From contig JAGXNO010000001.1 in assembly GCA_019894975.1 (NCBI GenBank), positions 25,278 to 89,277 of the forward strand: a stretch of 64,000 nucleotides of DNA. The letters run 5' to 3'. The stretch comes from Promethearchaeota archaeon. Lineage in GTDB: Archaea; Asgardarchaeota; Lokiarchaeia; Sigyniarchaeales; SOKP01. The notes below the pieces were generated by a model that saw only the letters and a list, made by a program, of their open reading frames with translations, searched no databases and was not told the DNA's origin. Within the stretch, counting starts at the first letter, position 1, and each line of letters opens with the position of its first letter. This document shows positions 28,692 through 37,689 of the stretch, piece after piece. The translations under genes and the position numbers were made by a program.

Positions 28692-29441
28692 TTATTTTTT
28701 CTTCAAATACTTATAGATGACATCAAAATCAGTCAAATTAAAGGGTTTTGAAATTGAACCTGTAGCACCTAAATCTAATGCTTTTTTCTCTACTTCTATA
28801 CTCGGAATGGCTGTAAGGATGAAAATCGGGATATTTTTTAATTTATTATCTTCTTTAATTCTCTTTAAAATCTCATATCCATTAATATCTGGCAGTATAA
28901 TGTCGAGTAAAATCAGTTTTGGTGCATATCTTTTTAATTCTTTTAAGCCTTTAAAGCCACTCAAAACACCTTTACAAACAATCTTCATTGACTCAAAATA
29001 ACTCGTCAGTAAGTTAACAGTCTCTTGGTCATCTTCTATTAATAAAATATCATATTTTAGCTTTTGATTAAAATCTTCTGCTTCTAAATCAAATTCAAAA
29101 TTATCTAAATGTTCTACAATTTTGTTCTCTAGTACCGAACATTGGTTTAGTACATTCTTAAGTATAGAAATTATATTACTATCTATTGTATCCCCCTGTG
29201 TTTCAACAATTAGTTGTAAATATCCTTTGATTGATGTTAAAGGTTCTTTCAAATCATGAGATAAATTGGAAAGATCCAATCCTTTGCATTGAATAAAGAA
29301 TCTTAAAGCTTCTCTAATTAATTTAGATAATGTAGAATAATTCTGATTTTTAGCGAATGTTTGCCATTCTTCTTTGATATCTTTTGATACGTATAAAGAA
29401 ATTCTTTCTTTATCCTGGTTATAATCTGGACTAATTTCCAC
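28692..29441 (-). CDS. Response regulator with N-terminal RHH-like and HisKA (DHp) segments but no HATPase domain
   Basis: 249 aa. The RHH-like part is ISLYVSKDIKEEW...LSKLIREALRFF. The H-box is LSHDLKEPLTSIKGY. The REC domain has ILLIEDD, LILLDIILPDING, LTA and SKPF. Confidence 0.7.
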   Translation of the reverse strand: MEISPDYNQDKERISLYVSKDIKEEWQTFAKNQNYSTLSKLIREALRFFIQCKGLDLSNLSHDLKEPLTSIKGYLQLIVETQGDTIDSNIISILKNVLNQCSVLENKIVEHLDNFEFDLEAEDFNQKLKYDILLIEDDQETVNLLTSYFESMKIVCKGVLSGFKGLKELKRYAPKLILLDIILPDINGYEILKRIKEDNKLKNIPIFILTAIPSIEVEKKALDLGATGSISKPFNLTDFDVIYKYLKKK

Positions 29442-29642
29442 CCACCTTAAATAATTAAAAGTTAAGAAAAATTGTACTTTTTATACATATTTATACTATT
29501 TTACATATATATATATTTTTTTACACTTAGCTTTAAATAGAAAAATAATAAGATTATATTAGTTTTACTTGAAGTCTAAAATAAAATATAAAAAATATAA
29601 AAAGAAATAAAAATAATTGTTTAATTGCTTCTGTACTATTCT

Positions 29643-30473
29643 TTATTCATCTAATTTTAACGAATTTTTTAAATCTTCTGCTAAGGTTCCTAATTTGTGC
29701 GCAGTTGATGTTACTTCTTCCATTGATGCTGTCTGCTGTTCTGCTGATACACTTATTCCTTCCATAGAACCGAAAGAGTTATTAATTTTACTGATAACAT
29801 TACTAATTTTATCATTTGTTTCACGAACTGCTGATTTTGATTCCTCTGCTAATTTACGAACTTCATCAGCTACAACCGCAAATCCCCTTCCTTGTTCCCC
29901 TGCTCGTCCAGCTTCAATACTTGCATTTAATGCTAGTAAGTTGGTCTGATCAGATATATTTGTAATGATTCCCATTACCTTGCTTATATCCTTAGTTGCA
30001 GACATAACTTCTTGAGTTTCAAGCGTCATGCTCTGTGTTGATGTAGCAATTTCTTCTGATGCGGCATTCACTTCACTTGCACTTGCGGCTAATTCATTTG
30101 CTATATTTGCTACATTAATACTTGCATTAGAAGCAGCAGCAATCACACTTTTCATCTCATTATTTGTTTTTTCAATTTTTTGTTCAAGGAAAGGAAGAAC
30201 TGCAAAGAATAAAGCAGATACACCTATGAATAAACCAAAACTTTCACCAAAAGCATCTGCATAATCCGAATCCCAAAGCATCCATTTATCCAGAAAATTC
30301 CCTAAAGTATATAAAGCCCCTCCAATTAAAGAAAAGACATAAATCGCATTAGTTGGAGTTCTCCTTTTATAATATACAAGTACAGCGATAACAGCACCGA
30401 TCCAAAAGAAGATCATTCCCACTAAATTAAGACCTCCATCTCGAAAATCTATAGGATCAATTTGACCAAGCAT
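29643..30473 (-). CDS. Methyl-accepting chemotaxis protein (short, membrane-bound, no HAMP seen)
   Basis: 276 aa with about 4 TM helices and then the MCP signalling tip ..[38 protein letters not shown]... Confidence 0.8.
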   Translation of the reverse strand: MLGQIDPIDFRDGGLNLVGMIFFWIGAVIAVLVYYKRRTPTNAIYVFSLIGGALYTLGNFLDKWMLWDSDYADAFGESFGLFIGVSALFFAVLPFLEQKIEKTNNEMKSVIAAASNASINVANIANELAASASEVNAASEEIATSTQSMTLETQEVMSATKDISKVMGIITNISDQTNLLALNASIEAGRAGEQGRGFAVVADEVRKLAEESKSAVRETNDKISNVISKINNSFGSMEGISVSAEQQTASMEEVTSTAHKLGTLAEDLKNSLKLDE

Positions 30474-30791
30474 TTATTTCTCCACCATCCCTCTGCTTTT
30501 ATGACTTACTTTAAGTTGTTTCCCTTTCAAAATCTTACCATAATATTCATATCCGGCCGCAACGCACATGAGAACCCCAGCTACCATAGCAAAAAAATGC
30601 TCCATAAAATTAAAAGTATCAGGTGCGTAAAAAGCCTCTAGGTTTGTGGAAAGAAAAGTTATGAAAAGAGCATAATAGGCTGGAAACCATTTCATAATAT
30701 CTCTTCTCTTCTTTAAAAGATAAGGAGAAAAGGCCACTGGAATGGATATAATGATTAAAACTATTAATTCGTTAATTTCTAAAACCGGCAT
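30474..30791 (-). CDS. Small integral membrane protein, directly abutting the MCP gene
   Basis: 105 aa with 3 predicted TM helices. Its stop lies immediately before the MCP start (30473). Confidence 0.4.
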   Translation of the reverse strand: MPVLEINELIVLIIISIPVAFSPYLLKKRRDIMKWFPAYYALFITFLSTNLEAFYAPDTFNFMEHFFAMVAGVLMCVAAGYEYYGKILKGKQLKVSHKSRGMVEK

Positions 30792-31261
30792 TTATCCAAA
30801 GCTCCTTTTTTTTGTTAATAAATTATTTCAAATTTTTTTTATGAAAATTGTATAGTACTAAAATGACGACACAATTTTATAACTAATAATTGAATTTGTA
30901 TATAAACTCTATTTTTTACAAACAAATACGCGATAATGGAAAAAAATTAGTATTATGTTATTTTTTTTATAACAACAAATGTCTAATGATAAAATAATCA
31001 TCCTTATTTCATCCTTTCAATGACCCCATTCAATGCTTCAAGATTGCTTTAATGTTTAATCTCAGAGCACAATAAAAGAAAACCAAATCCATCTAAAAAG
31101 AAAAAGATTTAAATTAACAAAATTTCTAAATTTATGTAAAAATACAAAAAAGTGATAAAATTTTCTTCTATAGTATCAATTCTTAAGAATTCATCAACAA
31201 AACACACATAAATTTACATTTATGAAAAAAAAAAATTACTATTATTTTATAAGAAATATAA

Positions 31262-34200
31262 ATGGTTTTTAAAATGGAAAAATCAAATCCTCAAATAAAG
31301 CAGTATAATAAAGGAGCTTTAGATGATAAAGATGAAGTACCTCAAAAAATTAATAAATTTGAAAATTTATATCATGAATTATTCTATAATTCTTTTAGTG
31401 GAATGGCATATCATAAAATTATTTATGATTCCGACGGAAAACCAATTAACTACTTAATAAAAGCAGTGAATCCACAGTATGAATCTGTTTTATTGATTAA
31501 ACGCGAGGATATAATAAATAAGACTGCTACTAAAGCATATAATGTTGAGAAACCACCATATTTAGAGATATTTTCAAGAGTAGCAGAAACGCAAAAATCA
31601 TTCTCATTTGAGACTTATTTTCAGCCGATGAATAAATATTTTCAAATTACCGTCATCTCTTCAGAAAAAGGAGAATTTATAACGGTATTTGATGATATTT
31701 CAGAAAAAAAAAAATTAATTGAATCAGAAGAAAAATATAGGCTTATTACAGAAAATGCAAATGACTTAATTTGCATATTAAATAAGAATTATAAATTTGA
31801 ATTTATTAATGAGAAAACCTACTTAAAAGTTTTAGGCTATTCAAAAACTGATTTAATTGGAAAATCCGCACTGAAATTAAATCATCCTAAAGATTTTGAA
31901 AGTTTTGTATCTTCCTTTTGGGGCAAAGATGAAATTGATGATAGAACGGTGGAATTAAGAGTAAAGCATAAAAATGGAAAATGGATATGGTTGAATATTA
32001 ACATTCAAAGATTTAATAATGAAGAAAATGAGAAAAAGTTTTTATTAGTCTCCAGAGAGATTACCTTCAGAAAACTAGCGGAACAAAAGATTAAGGAATC
32101 TGAAGAAAAATATCGGCATTTATTTGAAGATTCTCCTTTTGCAATCGCTTTATTTAATTTTGAGGGACAGATACTCGAATGTAATTCATATGTTGAACAA
32201 TTATTGGGATTTAAAAAAGAAGAACTAACAGGAAAAGATTATAAATTATTAAATCTAGTCCCAAAAGAATATAGACCTTCGGTTTTGAACGGTTTTAAAA
32301 GATTGGTTGAAGAAGATATTCCTAATCCAAAAAGAATTCAACTATATACGAAAGAGGGGAGTTTAATATGGGTTTTACTGCACACATCATTGATTAAATT
32401 ACAAGAAATGAAATTTATACAGGTAATCGTTGAAAATATCACAGAAATGAAAAAGGCTGAAGATGCCTTACGGGAAAGTGAAGCAAGATTTCGTTTACTC
32501 ACAGAACAAAATTTATTAGCTATTTCTATTATTCAGGATAATAAAATTGTATATGCAAATCAAGCACTTGCTGATTTAAATGAATACTCAATACAGGAGA
32601 TGCTTGATTGGAAACCAAATGAACTTACCAAAGCAATATATCCCGAAGATATTCCTTTTGTATTGAGCCAATCAGAAAAAAAACAAAGAGGAGACACCCA
32701 TGATGTTATTCCACATTATTCCTACCGAAAAATAATGAAGGATGGAAGAATCAAATGGGTTGACCTTTACTCAAAAACAATACACTATAATGGAAAACCA
32801 GCAGATTTAGTATCCCAAATAGATATCACTGAACAAAAGAAAATGGAAGAAAAATTAAGAGAGTCTGAAGAAAATTATCGAGAGTTAGTAAATGATGCTA
32901 ATAGTATCATTTTAAGGTGGGATATAGAAGGAAAAATTAATTTCATCAATGAATTTGGAGAAAGCTTTTTTGGGTATTCTAAATCGGGACTTGTTGGCAA
33001 ACAGGTTATAGGAACTATCGTTCCAGAAACCGAAACTACTGGGAGAGATTTAGAAAAATTAATGGAGAATATTTGCAAATCCCCTGATATATATAAAAAT
33101 AATGTAAATGAAAATATAACTAAATATGGAAGAAGAGTATGGATATCATGGACTAATAAAGCCATTAAAGATGTCGATGGGACTTTAATTGGGATTTTGT
33201 CCGTTGGAAATGATATTACAAAACAAAGAATAGCAACATTAAGGATATCTGAATCCGAAGAGAAATTTAGAACTATAACTGAACAATCTTTTATAGGTAT
33301 TGCTATTTTACAGAATTTTAAATTTAAATATGTAAATCAACAATTCGCTGATACTCTAGGATATGAATCTAAAGAAATTTTGAAATGGAATCCTAAAGAA
33401 TTTATTGAATTTATCCATCCTGATGATCGAAAAAGGGTTATGGAAATAGCTGAAAAAAAATATTTTGGTAAAAATGAAGTGTTAGAGGATTTACAGTTTA
33501 GAATAATAAAAAAAACGGGAGAAATAATTTGGTTAGAAATTATATCTAAAACTATCCCTTTCGAAGGGGACTTAGCAGATCTAATTGCAACATCGGATAT
33601 CACTAAGAAAAAAGAAGCAGAGCAAATTATCATTGAAGAAAATAAAGCTTTATTAGAATTAAATAAAATGAGGAAAGATATTATTACACGTGTTTCTCAT
33701 GAATTAAAAACACCCTTAACTTCTATATATGGTGCGTCTCAAATTCTTCTAAAACATTTCGATGGAAAAATAGGAGATGAAGCGTTAAATTTTATCGAAA
33801 TTCTTCATAGAGGTGCCTTAAGATTAAAAAAACTGGTAGAAAACTTAATAGATGCTTCAAGGATCGAATCTGGAAAGCTTGAATTAAATTTACAAAGAAA
33901 CGATCTTGTGAAGATTACAGTAGAGTGTGTTGAGGAAATGAGATACATATTAGAAAGTCGAAAATTATCTGTAGAACTTACATATCCAAATGAACTTGAT
34001 TTTAACGTAGATAAGCTTAGGCTTCAACAAGTCATAACTAATATTTTATCTAATGCTATTAAAAATACTCCCATGGAGGGAAAAATTTACATTAGTATTA
34101 TAGATAATCATGATTTTGTTGATATTAAAATTAGGGATACTGGAATTGGTATAACTGAAAAAGAAAAAGAGCTTTTATTCGAGAAATTTGGAAAGATGGA

Positions 34201-34351
34201 AAGGTACGGAATGGATTTAGGCGTTGACATTGAAGGTTCTGGTCTAGGATTATTCATTTCAAAGGAAATTGTAGAATTACATGGGGGAGAGATAATTGTT
34301 GAATCTGAAGGCAGAAATAAGGGTTCAACCTTCACAATTAGGTTATTTTAA
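31262..34351 (+). CDS. Cytoplasmic multi-PAS sensor histidine kinase
   Basis: 1029 aa with about six PAS/PAC units, each separated by the SEEKYR linker. It has the H-box RVSHELKTPLTSI, the N-box NAIKNT, G1 DTGIGI and G2 GSGLGL. No TM segment is evident. Confidence 0.85.
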   Translation: MVFKMEKSNPQIKQYNKGALDDKDEVPQKINKFENLYHELFYNSFSGMAYHKIIYDSDGKPINYLIKAVNPQYESVLLIKREDIINKTATKAYNVEKPPYLEIFSRVAETQKSFSFETYFQPMNKYFQITVISSEKGEFITVFDDISEKKKLIESEEKYRLITENANDLICILNKNYKFEFINEKTYLKVLGYSKTDLIGKSALKLNHPKDFESFVSSFWGKDEIDDRTVELRVKHKNGKWIWLNINIQRFNNEENEKKFLLVSREITFRKLAEQKIKESEEKYRHLFEDSPFAIALFNFEGQILECNSYVEQLLGFKKEELTGKDYKLLNLVPKEYRPSVLNGFKRLVEEDIPNPKRIQLYTKEGSLIWVLLHTSLIKLQEMKFIQVIVENITEMKKAEDALRESEARFRLLTEQNLLAISIIQDNKIVYANQALADLNEYSIQEMLDWKPNELTKAIYPEDIPFVLSQSEKKQRGDTHDVIPHYSYRKIMKDGRIKWVDLYSKTIHYNGKPADLVSQIDITEQKKMEEKLRESEENYRELVNDANSIILRWDIEGKINFINEFGESFFGYSKSGLVGKQVIGTIVPETETTGRDLEKLMENICKSPDIYKNNVNENITKYGRRVWISWTNKAIKDVDGTLIGILSVGNDITKQRIATLRISESEEKFRTITEQSFIGIAILQNFKFKYVNQQFADTLGYESKEILKWNPKEFIEFIHPDDRKRVMEIAEKKYFGKNEVLEDLQFRIIKKTGEIIWLEIISKTIPFEGDLADLIATSDITKKKEAEQIIIEENKALLELNKMRKDIITRVSHELKTPLTSIYGASQILLKHFDGKIGDEALNFIEILHRGALRLKKLVENLIDASRIESGKLELNLQRNDLVKITVECVEEMRYILESRKLSVELTYPNELDFNVDKLRLQQVITNILSNAIKNTPMEGKIYISIIDNHDFVDIKIRDTGIGITEKEKELLFEKFGKMERYGMDLGVDIEGSGLGLFISKEIVELHGGEIIVESEGRNKGSTFTIRLF

Positions 34352-34373
34352 GAAATTTGAATTCTTTAAAAAA

Positions 34374-34448
34374 TGGGCCTGGCAGGATTTGAACCTGCGA
34401 CATCCCAGTCCGAAGCCGGGCACCCTATCCAGGCTAGATTACAAGCCC
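34374..34448 (-). tRNA. tRNA-Arg (UCG), no intron
   Basis: The reverse complement folds with acceptor GGGCTTG/CAGGCCC, anticodon arm CCCGG-CTTCGGA-CTGGG and T arm GCAGG-TTCAAAT-CCTGC. The length is 75 nt. Confidence 0.85.
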
Positions 34449-34571
34449 TAATTTTCTTAGGTTATACATTGAAAATTCTTGATTTCAAAAAAATGTTTGC
34501 TAAAAGGCTAATTGAAATTACTTCATTTTCTGATATTAAAGAAATGAATTAGTTATAAAATGAAAATCTTC

Positions 34572-35015
34572 TTATATCTTTACCCCATTATTGATAAATT
34601 TAAGAAGCAGTCTAAATAATTTTATGAATCTTAATCCTTGTGTTAGATTTCCATCTACTTTTATATTTCCCTTCATAAAAGCGTCGGTTCCACTCATTTC
34701 CCGTTTAAGGATTTTTATAAATATATCTTTCTTATATTTAACTCTAAAGGAAGCTGCTCTGTTAATCCCTTTTTTATACATTATTGTGCCTTTAGACACC
34801 CTAATCCAGAAGTTAAAATTTAAATCAGTTATTAAAATTTGGTAAATGTCATCGTAATCTATTATTTCCTCACGGATATCTTCAGTATTCTTAATAATAC
34901 TAATCCCAAGCATAATGAATCGATTTAACCCTGTAATAAATTCCTCATTATTACTTTCTAAATCGTGGATTACCGACCTAAAACCCTTTGAATCAAGCAT
35001 ATATACTTGTGGCAA
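34572..35015 (-). CDS. SCP2 (sterol-carrier-protein-2-like) domain protein
   Basis: 147 aa with the C-terminal motif ..MSGTDAFMKGNIKVDGNLTQGLRFIKLF.., typical of SCP2 lipid-binding domains. Confidence 0.6.
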   Translation of the reverse strand: MPQVYMLDSKGFRSVIHDLESNNEEFITGLNRFIMLGISIIKNTEDIREEIIDYDDIYQILITDLNFNFWIRVSKGTIMYKKGINRAASFRVKYKKDIFIKILKREMSGTDAFMKGNIKVDGNLTQGLRFIKLFRLLLKFINNGVKI

Positions 35016-35056
35016 AATAGCTAATATATTATATAGTTATACCTAACTAGTACTTA

Positions 35057-35139
35057 TTATCTACATCGTCTTTTAAGCTTTTAAATGTTTCTAAAATTTT
35101 ATTCTGATTATCTACATCGTCTTTTAAGCTTTTAAATGT
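35057..35139. repeat. Two copies of a perfect 32-bp direct repeat, 51 bp apart, upstream of tRNA-Asp
   Basis: TTATCTACATCGTCTTTTAAGCTTTTAAATGT occurs at 35057-35088 and again at 35108-35139. Confidence 0.9.
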
Positions 35140-35200
35140 ATAAAAATAAAATTTTTATATTCTAATGTATTTCTTTGATTATTACTAATTTTTCTCACTA

Positions 35201-35337
35201 GCCCACATAGTGTAGCCCGGTCCAGCATTTTTTTGCTGTATTCCAGCGAAAAGCTAAATCGGGACTGTCAAGCTCTCTCCACGAAGGCGGAGCACAGAGC
35301 TCCTGCGACGCGGGTTCAAATCCCGCTGTGGGCGCCA
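35201..35337 (+). tRNA. tRNA-Asp (GUC) with two introns (about 30 nt near position 25/26-26/27; 29 nt canonical at 37/38) and a genomically encoded CCA
   Basis: The acceptor stem is GCCCACA/TGTGGGC. The D arm is GTGT-AGCCCGGTCCA-GCAT. The anticodon stem is CGGGA (35260-64) / TCCTG (35301-05). The loop is CTGTCA|C. The T arm is GCGGG-TTCAAAT-CCCGC. The 3' end is G-CCA (35334-37). The canonical intron 35271-35299 sits in a textbook BHB. Confidence 0.85.
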
Positions 35338-35523
35338 TTCTAACTTTCTCCTATTAATTTCTTAATATAAAGTGCAATTTTGCATTTGAAAACTTTATAA
35401 TGGAAAGCACTATAGACAAAAAATTGATGAATTTCTAAAAAAGTTCCCAGAATGATCTTGAATAGTATCATTAATTAAAGTGAATAATTAAAAAAAAAAG
35501 GTAAAAAAATACGTTAATATAAT

Positions 35524-36054
35524 TTAACAGCATCCATCATTGCATCCATCATTGCTGCTATGACCATCTCCACAGCCACAACCACATGCAGAAGGCAGAT
35601 CAGGCTCGCAATTAGTTTCAACAATCTTGATGTTAAAATTCAAAACCTTTCCCGCCATTGGATGGTTTAAATCAATCACAACCTCTTCTTCTTCAACAGA
35701 TTTTATCGAGGCAGGTGTTTGACCTTGGGGGCCCATAACCATGAGCATCAGGCCAGGTGCGAGGTCAACACCCTTTGGAAATTGCGCTTTTGGAACTTTT
35801 TGAGTCATTCCTTCCTTTAAATCACCATAAGCTTCGGAAGGCTCAAGTCTAATAGTATACTCCTCTCCAATATTTTTATCCATAACAGAGCTGTCGAAAC
35901 CTTTAATAAGTTGTCCCATCCCTACCTGGAATTTTAGGGGAGCCCCACCATTCATCTTTGTACTATCAAAAACTGTTCCATCATCAAAAGCCCCTTCGTA
36001 TTCGACTTTTATCCAATCGCCTTTTTCTACTTTTTTTACAGCCATCTTAATCAA
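35524..36054 (-). CDS. slyD: FKBP-type peptidyl-prolyl isomerase (SlyD-like) with a Cys/His/Gly-rich metal-binding tail
   Basis: 176 aa. It has an FKBP core (..VEYEGAFDDGTVFDST...FQVGMGQLIKGFD..), an IF insert and the tail CGCGCGDGHSSNDGCNDGCC. Confidence 0.8.
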   Translation of the reverse strand: MIKMAVKKVEKGDWIKVEYEGAFDDGTVFDSTKMNGGAPLKFQVGMGQLIKGFDSSVMDKNIGEEYTIRLEPSEAYGDLKEGMTQKVPKAQFPKGVDLAPGLMLMVMGPQGQTPASIKSVEEEEVVIDLNHPMAGKVLNFNIKIVETNCEPDLPSACGCGCGDGHSSNDGCNDGCC

Positions 36055-36183
36055 ATTTTAAATTCTTATAAAAATAGTAGAATTGATGACTTAAGAGTTG
36101 ATGGATTATAATTTATGAACTTTTAACCTGGATTTTAGATTTTTTAAAATAAATTATTTATTCACACTAATTCTTTACTACCT

Positions 36184-36999
36184 ATGTCAATAGAAGGTAT
36201 CAATCAAGATTTATGTTCAAAATGCAAAATTTGCATGAAAGTATGCGACAGACGGTATTTCAGAGAGGATTCATCTGGGAATATTGTCTATGAAAATCTC
36301 ACTAATAATTGTATTTTTTGTGGACATTGTATTGCTGCTTGTCCTGAAGATGCAATAAAACGCAGTCTTAACTGGGAAGATAATGTAAAGAAATATTCAG
36401 AGCCAGTTGTTTCCTATGAAAAAATAATGCAGTTATTAAGAATGAACCGCTCGATCAGAAATTATAAACAGAAGCAAGTTCCCAGAGAGTTAATTGAAAA
36501 AGTTTTTGATGCAATGAGGTATGCTCCCAGTGCTGGTAACGCAAGATTATGGAGATATAAAGTTCTTTCCAACCCAGAAAAGATCGCAGAATTAGGTGAT
36601 GTTATCTCAAGGACAATGTGGGGATATTGGGGTTACAGTTCATATGAGCAAGCAAAGGAATACTTTGAGTCTATGGGTAGAGATACTATTTTCAATAAAG
36701 CCCCGATAGTTATAATTCTCTATTTAGAAAGAGAAGTTCCAAATAATACTATGTATGCTATTTGGGGTGTGGATACAGGAATTGCGATTACTTATGGTCA
36801 ACTTGCCGCAGAGAGTCTTGGTCTCGGAACTTGTTGGATGAATGTTCTTTTGGGTGCTATTTCTGTGAAAAAAGAAGAAATATTAAAGATCATAGGAATT
36901 AAAGGACTTGTACTAGGAGCGATGACATTAGGCTATCCTGAAATCAAGTACAGCAGACCTACGCCACGTGAACCATTAGATGTAGAAGGATTAAATTAA
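36184..36999 (+). CDS. Nitroreductase-family protein with an N-terminal 2x[4Fe-4S] ferredoxin domain
   Basis: 271 aa with CSKCKICMKVC and CIFCGHCIAACP motifs, followed by a nitroreductase fold (..RSIRNYK...APSAGN..). Confidence 0.75.
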   Translation: MSIEGINQDLCSKCKICMKVCDRRYFREDSSGNIVYENLTNNCIFCGHCIAACPEDAIKRSLNWEDNVKKYSEPVVSYEKIMQLLRMNRSIRNYKQKQVPRELIEKVFDAMRYAPSAGNARLWRYKVLSNPEKIAELGDVISRTMWGYWGYSSYEQAKEYFESMGRDTIFNKAPIVIILYLEREVPNNTMYAIWGVDTGIAITYGQLAAESLGLGTCWMNVLLGAISVKKEEILKIIGIKGLVLGAMTLGYPEIKYSRPTPREPLDVEGLN

Positions 37000-37025
37000 A
37001 TTAATAAATAGATTCTATTTAGATA

Positions 37026-37574
37026 TTAATCCTGATTTTCTACAGCTTCTTTTCCTGCTTTACGAGCTAATTTTAATAAATCGGTATTTTTCCCTACCTC
37101 ACCCCGACGATTATAGCCTGGAGCAAGTATAGTTTCAACCAGTTCGATGTTTAGGTAATTAAAGACATCCTCAAGTAGACCAACTGTATGACGAGCATAT
37201 CTTTCATGGCCACCTCCTAACGGGATTACAATAATCACTTTTTTTCCCTTAAATTCCTGATGTTTTGGATGATACCACCTGTCTAAGAAAGCTTTAAATT
37301 GTGCTGTTGGTCCCCACCAATAGATCGGGGTCCCTAATATCCATACATCACTTTGCACCATCTTCTCTAGTAAACTAGGCATATCATCTTTATGCATGCA
37401 ATGTCCGGTTTTATAACAGCTATTACATGCTTGACAAGGGTTAATCTCTAATTTATTCAAAACAACTTGTTCAACTGAAGCCCCCGCTTCTTTAGCACCA
37501 GCTAATACTTCATCTACTAATACTTCCGTGTTTCCTCCAATTCGGGGACTCCCAATAATTCCTAGAACTTGCAT
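37026..37574 (-). CDS. NADPH-dependent FMN reductase / iron-sulfur flavoprotein family
   Basis: 182 aa beginning MQVLGIIGSPRIGGNTE, with the Cys cluster CQACNSCYKTGHC. Confidence 0.7.
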   Translation of the reverse strand: MQVLGIIGSPRIGGNTEVLVDEVLAGAKEAGASVEQVVLNKLEINPCQACNSCYKTGHCMHKDDMPSLLEKMVQSDVWILGTPIYWWGPTAQFKAFLDRWYHPKHQEFKGKKVIIVIPLGGGHERYARHTVGLLEDVFNYLNIELVETILAPGYNRRGEVGKNTDLLKLARKAGKEAVENQD

Positions 37575-37689
37575 AATTATACTATTATAATTAGATTAAA
37601 ATAGTTATCGCTTAGGTAAGGAGTTAGTCTGAAGCATTTTGAAATGAAGGAAAAAATAGAAAAAAAAATATCTATTTAAAATAGATTTA

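Noticed and set aside
31178-31191. A 14-bp perfect palindrome AATTCTTAAGAATT lies upstream of the PAS histidine kinase gene.
   Set aside because: It is a single occurrence in a very AT-rich 470-bp spacer, where such palindromes arise by chance. There is no second copy or half-site repeat to support an operator role.
35201-35337. The over-long tRNA-like sequences at 35201-35337 and 22094-22231 might be tRNA pseudogenes or SINE-like elements.
   Set aside because: After the inserts are removed, every stem pairs and the conserved loop residues (U33, TTCAAAT T-loop, GG in the D-loop) are intact. Three of the four inserts are flanked by BHB-like helices, as expected for functional intron-containing genes.
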